In this document: in pieces, positions 59,584 to 64,000 of the stretch
How positions within the stretch are numbered: position 1 is the stretch's first letter
Layout of the letters: each line of letters opens with the position of its first letter
DNA from: Clostridia bacterium
Lineage (GTDB): Bacteria > Bacillota > Clostridia > RGIG6154
Length of the DNA stretch: 64,000 bases
Assembly: GCA_045589295.1 (NCBI GenBank)
Contig: JAZNOU010000005.1
Coordinates: 32,001 to 96,000, forward strand
Direction: 5' to 3'
Made by a program: the position numbers and the translations under genes
Notes under the pieces: generated by a model
The model's input: the letters and a program-made list of their open reading frames with translations, nothing else
What the model was told of the DNA's origin: nothing
The model's database searches: none

Positions 59584-60888
59584 TTATTCCTCCACGTCAT
59601 TTTTTATAACGTCTTCATAACTTTGCCTTTTTACAACAACTCTTGCGTTCCCATCTTTAACCATAACAACTGCAGGTTTTGGTATTCTGTTGTAATTGCT
59701 TGACATTGAATAGTTATATGCACCGGTTGCTAAAACCGCTAAAACATCGCCTCTTTCGGGGTTTGCCAAAGCAATATTTTCTTGAATTAAGTCTCCTGAC
59801 TCACAACATTTTCCCGCAATAGTAACAATATCGTTTGCTTCTTTATCTGCTTTGTTGGCAACAACTGCAGAATATGGTGCACCATACATAATATATCTTG
59901 GATTATCTGCCATTCCACCATCAACCGAAACATATGTTCTTATTCCCGGAATATTTTTAACATTGCCAATTTTGTAAAGAGTAACACCGGCCGAAGCAAC
60001 CAAAGAACGTCCTGGTTCCATTAAAATTTCAGGCATTTCAAGACCATATTCATTTGACAGACGTTCAACCTCTTTTGCAATATCACCGATATATTCGTCA
60101 TAACCGATAGGGTCATCATCTTTTGTGTATCTTATCCCATATCCGCCGCCTAAATTAAGTTTTGAAAGTGAAACTCCGCAAGTATCTTTGATTGTTTTCA
60201 TCAAATTCATCATAACTCTTGCAGCCTCGATAAATGGTGAAATTTCAAAAATCTGCGAACCGATATGGCAATGAATTCCAACAAGATTTAAATTCTTCAA
60301 AGAAATTGCTTTTTTTACCGCGTCCATCGCCTCGCCTGTTTCTATGGCAAAACCAAATTTAGAGTCGATTTGTCCTGTTTTTATAAAGTCATGTGTATGG
60401 GCATCGACACCAGGTTTAATTCTTAGCATAATATTAACTGTTTTACTGTTCTTCTCCGCAATTTCGTTAATATCCTCAAGCTCATCCATATTGTCTGCAA
60501 CAAAGCACCCTATATTTTCACCAACCGCAAATTCTATTTCATCATAAGTTTTATTGTTCCCATGAAAATATACTTTTTCCATTGGAAATCCTGCTTTTTT
60601 TGCAGTATACAGCTCACCGCCTGAAACAACATCCAACCCCATTCCTTCTTGTGCGGCAATTTTCAAAACGCTTATACAACTGAATGCCTTGGACGCATAT
60701 AGCGCAAGACCTTTATCACCACAAGCTTTTTTTAAAGAATCGAGATAAAGTCTGCAGTTCTTTCTAATAAGATTTTCATCCATCACATAAAGCGGTGTTT
60801 TATATTTTTCGGCCAAAGCAACAGTATCAAGCCCGCCGATTGTAAGGTTTCCCTTTTCATTTAGTCCAAGTGATTCTGATAAAAACAT
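59584..60888 (-). CDS. lysA: diaminopimelate decarboxylase
   Basis: YASKAF, HCHIGSQI, EPGRS, GKCCESGD, GAYNYSM.SNYN. Confidence 0.96.
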   Translation of the reverse strand: MFLSESLGLNEKGNLTIGGLDTVALAEKYKTPLYVMDENLIRKNCRLYLDSLKKACGDKGLALYASKAFSCISVLKIAAQEGMGLDVVSGGELYTAKKAGFPMEKVYFHGNNKTYDEIEFAVGENIGCFVADNMDELEDINEIAEKNSKTVNIMLRIKPGVDAHTHDFIKTGQIDSKFGFAIETGEAMDAVKKAISLKNLNLVGIHCHIGSQIFEISPFIEAARVMMNLMKTIKDTCGVSLSKLNLGGGYGIRYTKDDDPIGYDEYIGDIAKEVERLSNEYGLEMPEILMEPGRSLVASAGVTLYKIGNVKNIPGIRTYVSVDGGMADNPRYIMYGAPYSAVVANKADKEANDIVTIAGKCCESGDLIQENIALANPERGDVLAVLATGAYNYSMSSNYNRIPKPAVVMVKDGNARVVVKRQSYEDVIKNDVEE

Positions 60889-61016
60889 TTTATGCCCTTC
60901 TTCCAAAAGTATTTAATAAATTATTTTACCATATTAATTAAAAAAAGTCAATTTTGCAAATAAACATTGCATTTTTTTCATGAAAGTTTTATAATTAACA
61001 ATAAGGAGTGGTAAAT

Positions 61017-61880
61017 GTGCACGGTATTATTTGTTTTAACGAATATAACAAAATGCAATCTTATGTTGACAATATAGATATGTATTATAAAGCTATTACA
61101 CCTGTTTGCAAAAGTCTTAAAGTTGTTTCAACAACTCAAATTACACCAATAATTGAAAATAAAAAATCATATTTTGAAGGAATTGATTTTGCACTTTTCC
61201 TTGACAAAGATATTAGCCTGGCTAAGATACTTGAAAACTTTGGTGTAAGAGTATTTAACTCTGCTCTTTCTATTGCAATTTGTGACAACAAAGCGTATAC
61301 CCACAGTGTTTTGACAAACAAAGGAATTTTAATGCCAAAAACTTATATCACACCTTTTACATTCAACACATTCGGCTATCCTGATTATGATTTTCTAGAC
61401 AAAATAAACTTCTTCCCCGTTGTTGTAAAACAATCCTATGGTTCGCTAGGTCAGCAGGTTTTTCTTGCAAAAGATAAGTCTGAACTTTTGACCATATCAA
61501 GGAATTTACCAAAAGAACAGTTTTTAATTCAGGAATATATTGAGTGCAATAATACTGACACAAGAGTATTTGTATGTGGTGGCAAAGCGATTTGCGCTAT
61601 GAATCGCCATAATGACAATGATTTTAGGAGTAATGCTGAGCTTGGCGGTATATGTTCAAAAGCACATCTCGACGAAGAAACAATTAAGATTGCCGAAAAG
61701 ACTGCTAAACTTCTTGGGCTTGATTTTTGCGGAATTGATATTGTAACATCAGGTGGCAAAAAATATCTTTTAGAAGTAAATTCCAATGCCATGATAAACT
61801 CTCTAGCAAAGATAACGGGCAAAAACCCCGCCGATTACATTGCAAATCACATATTAAAAACAATAAAAGGTCAGGACTAA
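61017..61880 (+). CDS. RimK/LysX-family ATP-grasp ligase
   Basis: CDNK, PVVVK.SYGSLG, QEYI, DFRSN, GID, EVNSN; GTG start with AAGGAG RBS. Confidence 0.88.
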   Translation: MHGIICFNEYNKMQSYVDNIDMYYKAITPVCKSLKVVSTTQITPIIENKKSYFEGIDFALFLDKDISLAKILENFGVRVFNSALSIAICDNKAYTHSVLTNKGILMPKTYITPFTFNTFGYPDYDFLDKINFFPVVVKQSYGSLGQQVFLAKDKSELLTISRNLPKEQFLIQEYIECNNTDTRVFVCGGKAICAMNRHNDNDFRSNAELGGICSKAHLDEETIKIAEKTAKLLGLDFCGIDIVTSGGKKYLLEVNSNAMINSLAKITGKNPADYIANHILKTIKGQD

Positions 61881-62983
61881 ACCTGACCTTTATTTATGTC
61901 GTCTTTTACAATTTTATAAATAGCTGCCGTCAATGGCACGCCCAAAAGCATTCCCGGTATGCCCAATATACCACCGCCTACAGTAACCGCCGCAAGTACT
62001 AAAATTCCCGGAAGTCCAATTGAGTTACCTACTACCTTAGGATAAATTATATTCCCCTCAATCTGTTGCAAAACAACGAGAAATATTAAAAATATCAACG
62101 CTTTAACAGGTGATACCATAAGAATCATAAATGCCCCTACAGCTGCACCAATATATGCACCTGCAACAGGTATAAGTGCAGTAAACGCAACCAAAGCTCC
62201 AATCATAGCCGCATAAGGAAGCCTTAACACAAGCATACCAAGTGTACACAAAACACCTAAAATAACTGCCTCTACACACTGTCCAACGATATACTTGTGA
62301 AAACATTCATTAACTACTTTAAGAATATAGTATATCCTTTGCCTTGCCTTATGAGGCACATAATGAACAAACAACTTATCGGCTTTAGCAACAAGACTAT
62401 CCTTGCCAATCAGCAAATATATGGCAAAGATAATGCTTAAAAATGTTGTAACTGTTCCGGAAAGAACCGATGTTGCAGCCTTTATGACTCTATCCATAAC
62501 ATTTCCAAAACCTGATGTAATAACACTAGAATTTAAGGAAATTATATTTTGCACATCAATGTTTTCAATATATTCAACTACATTTTCCGGTACTGCAGGA
62601 AGGGTTTGAATATACTTTGCAATATTATTTATTGCAGAAGGCAACATTGTTATAATAAGCTTTATACAAGACACAAACTGCGGAACAACTAATCCTACTA
62701 TAAGCGTAACAATAGCAAGTAATGTAAGTATTGCACAAATAAGCGCAACTGGTCTTATGAGTTTTTTAAGCTTTTGTTTTTTTATTTTAGAAAAACACTT
62801 ATTTTCATAAAAGTTCATCAGTATATTTATGATATACGCAATTACAAATCCTACAACAAGCGGCACTAAAGCACCAAAAAACTTTGCAAGCAATGCAGAA
62901 AATGTACTCCAGTATATAATTAAAATATAAACTATAAATACACTAAGCCCTACTTTAAAGCAACTTTTCCATTCTACCTTCAA
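61877..62983 (-). CDS. AI-2E (PerM) family transporter
   Basis: GQCVEAVILG, LIPVAGAYIG, QQIEGNIIYPKVVG.SIGLP. Confidence 0.92.
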   Translation of the reverse strand: MKVEWKSCFKVGLSVFIVYILIIYWSTFSALLAKFFGALVPLVVGFVIAYIINILMNFYENKCFSKIKKQKLKKLIRPVALICAILTLLAIVTLIVGLVVPQFVSCIKLIITMLPSAINNIAKYIQTLPAVPENVVEYIENIDVQNIISLNSSVITSGFGNVMDRVIKAATSVLSGTVTTFLSIIFAIYLLIGKDSLVAKADKLFVHYVPHKARQRIYYILKVVNECFHKYIVGQCVEAVILGVLCTLGMLVLRLPYAAMIGALVAFTALIPVAGAYIGAAVGAFMILMVSPVKALIFLIFLVVLQQIEGNIIYPKVVGNSIGLPGILVLAAVTVGGGILGIPGMLLGVPLTAAIYKIVKDDINKGQV

Positions 62984-62995
62984 ACGCCCATCTCC

Positions 62996-63643
62996 TTAAT
63001 TGGTCATTTTTTCCTGTTTTACTTTTTTGTCAATTACATGTCTTGACGCAAGTTCTTTGTGAATATCTTCCAGAGAAATGCCCATTTCAATCATTAAAAC
63101 CATAACGTGATAAGCAAGATCCGCTATTTCATAAACTGTTTCTTTCTTATCATCCGCTTTTGCAGCAATGATAACTTCTGTACATTCCTCGCCTACTTTT
63201 TTAAGTATTTTGTCAAGTCCTTTTTCAAAAAGATATGTTGTGTATGAACCCTCTTTTTTATCCGTTCTTCTGCCCCTTATAAGTTCCATTAAACCCTCTA
63301 ATGAAAACTCTGAAAGTTCTTCACTTTCCCACAAGGTATTTTCAAAGCAACTGTCTGTTCCCTTGTGGCACGCAGGTCCATCTTTTTCTACCATTACAAC
63401 TAAAGCATCATTATCACAGTCTGCAGTGATTGATACTATATGCTGATAGTTTCCACTTGTTTCACCTTTTAGCCAAAGTTCGTTTCTTGAGCGACTGTAA
63501 AAACAGGTAAGTCCTTTTTCCATTGAAATTTCAAGACTTTCTTTATTCATATACGCAAGTGTTAAAACCTTTTTTGTAACGCTGTCAACAACTATTGCAG
63601 GAATTAACCCCTTATCATCAAATTTAAGTTTACTTATATCCAT
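62996..63643 (-). CDS. hisIE: bifunctional PR-AMP cyclohydrolase/PR-ATP diphosphatase
   Basis: LW.KGETSG, DCD.D, ACH.G..SCF, KKVGEE, ADL.YH. Confidence 0.96.
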   Translation of the reverse strand: MDISKLKFDDKGLIPAIVVDSVTKKVLTLAYMNKESLEISMEKGLTCFYSRSRNELWLKGETSGNYQHIVSITADCDNDALVVMVEKDGPACHKGTDSCFENTLWESEELSEFSLEGLMELIRGRRTDKKEGSYTTYLFEKGLDKILKKVGEECTEVIIAAKADDKKETVYEIADLAYHVMVLMIEMGISLEDIHKELASRHVIDKKVKQEKMTN

Positions 63644-63655
63644 TTTAACTTCCTC

Positions 63656-64000
63656 CTAAATTCTTACAGGAATATTATTTTTCTTTAATTCTTCTTTTAA
63701 GTCTTTGATTTTCACTTCGCCAAAATGAAAGATTGATGCCGCAAGTCCCGCATCAACTGTAGGAAGCGTCTTAAATAGTTTAACAAAATCTTGTATTGAA
63801 CCTGCACCACCTGATGCAATAACCGGCACGTTAACTGCATTCAAAACTGCTTCTAACATTTCCAAATCAAAGCCCTTTTTAACACCATCGGTATCAATTG
63901 AGTTTAAAACGACCTCGCCTGCGCCACTACCTACACATCTTTTAATCCATTCTATCGCTTCCATACCGGTGTTTTCTCTTCCACCTTTTGCAAACACACG
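63656..64000 (-). CDS. hisF: imidazole glycerol phosphate synthase cyclase subunit (3' part; gene runs off the window)
   Basis: GAGEVVLNSIDTDG, PVIASGGAG, LAASIFH. Confidence 0.95.
   Translation of the reverse strand, partial: RVFAKGGRENTGMEAIEWIKRCVGSGAGEVVLNSIDTDGVKKGFDLEMLEAVLNAVNVPVIASGGAGSIQDFVKLFKTLPTVDAGLAASIFHFGEVKIKDLKEELKKNNIPVRI

Noticed and set aside
60889-61016. Lysine riboswitch upstream of lysA
   Set aside because: Intergenic region is too short and AT-rich; it holds only divergent promoters
1-64000. CRISPR arrays, transposases, integrases, prophage, defence or toxin-antitoxin systems, recoding
   Set aside because: No regularly spaced repeats or diagnostic ORFs were seen; the long ORFs appear intact; the remaining short ORFs in the track are antisense or out-of-frame shadows of real genes

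Overview
Low-GC chromosomal window from a spore-forming Clostridia-class Firmicute. It is almost entirely core or housekeeping DNA, with no CRISPR array, prophage, transposase or integrase. It holds three tRNAs (Ser-GGA, Lys-UUU, Gln-UUG), a truncated polysaccharide-regulation cluster (capD-like, NTP transferase, BY-kinase, PHP phosphatase), spoVAC-AD-AE, oxygen-detox genes (fprA, rubredoxin, Hrb-like), dinB, a metA-mutS-mutL-miaA-sepF-divIVA-lspA-rluD string, pgk-tpiA-gpmI, PBP1A, a VanW protein, secG-rnr-hpf-spoIVB-spo0A, lysA-S2P-scpAB-ytfIJ and the end of the his operon. The most interesting signals are non-coding or architectural. (1) An XRE-HTH::AlaA fusion keeps an internal RBS and has a perfect 24-bp palindrome beside its promoter. 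(2) A hairpin-rich element is built from two divergent tRNA-fMet 3' remnants. (3) A DUF1836 gene sits next to a palindromic candidate operator in front of an acyl-CoA ligase, with a near-copy upstream of degV. (4) The sigma-H hpf leader has a 10-codon uORF and two UAAUCC-loop hairpins with an alternative pairing. (5) Three dispersed Cys-rich genes, one CsxA-like, share a sigma-K-type promoter motif. All functional calls come from motif recognition by eye; no searches were run.
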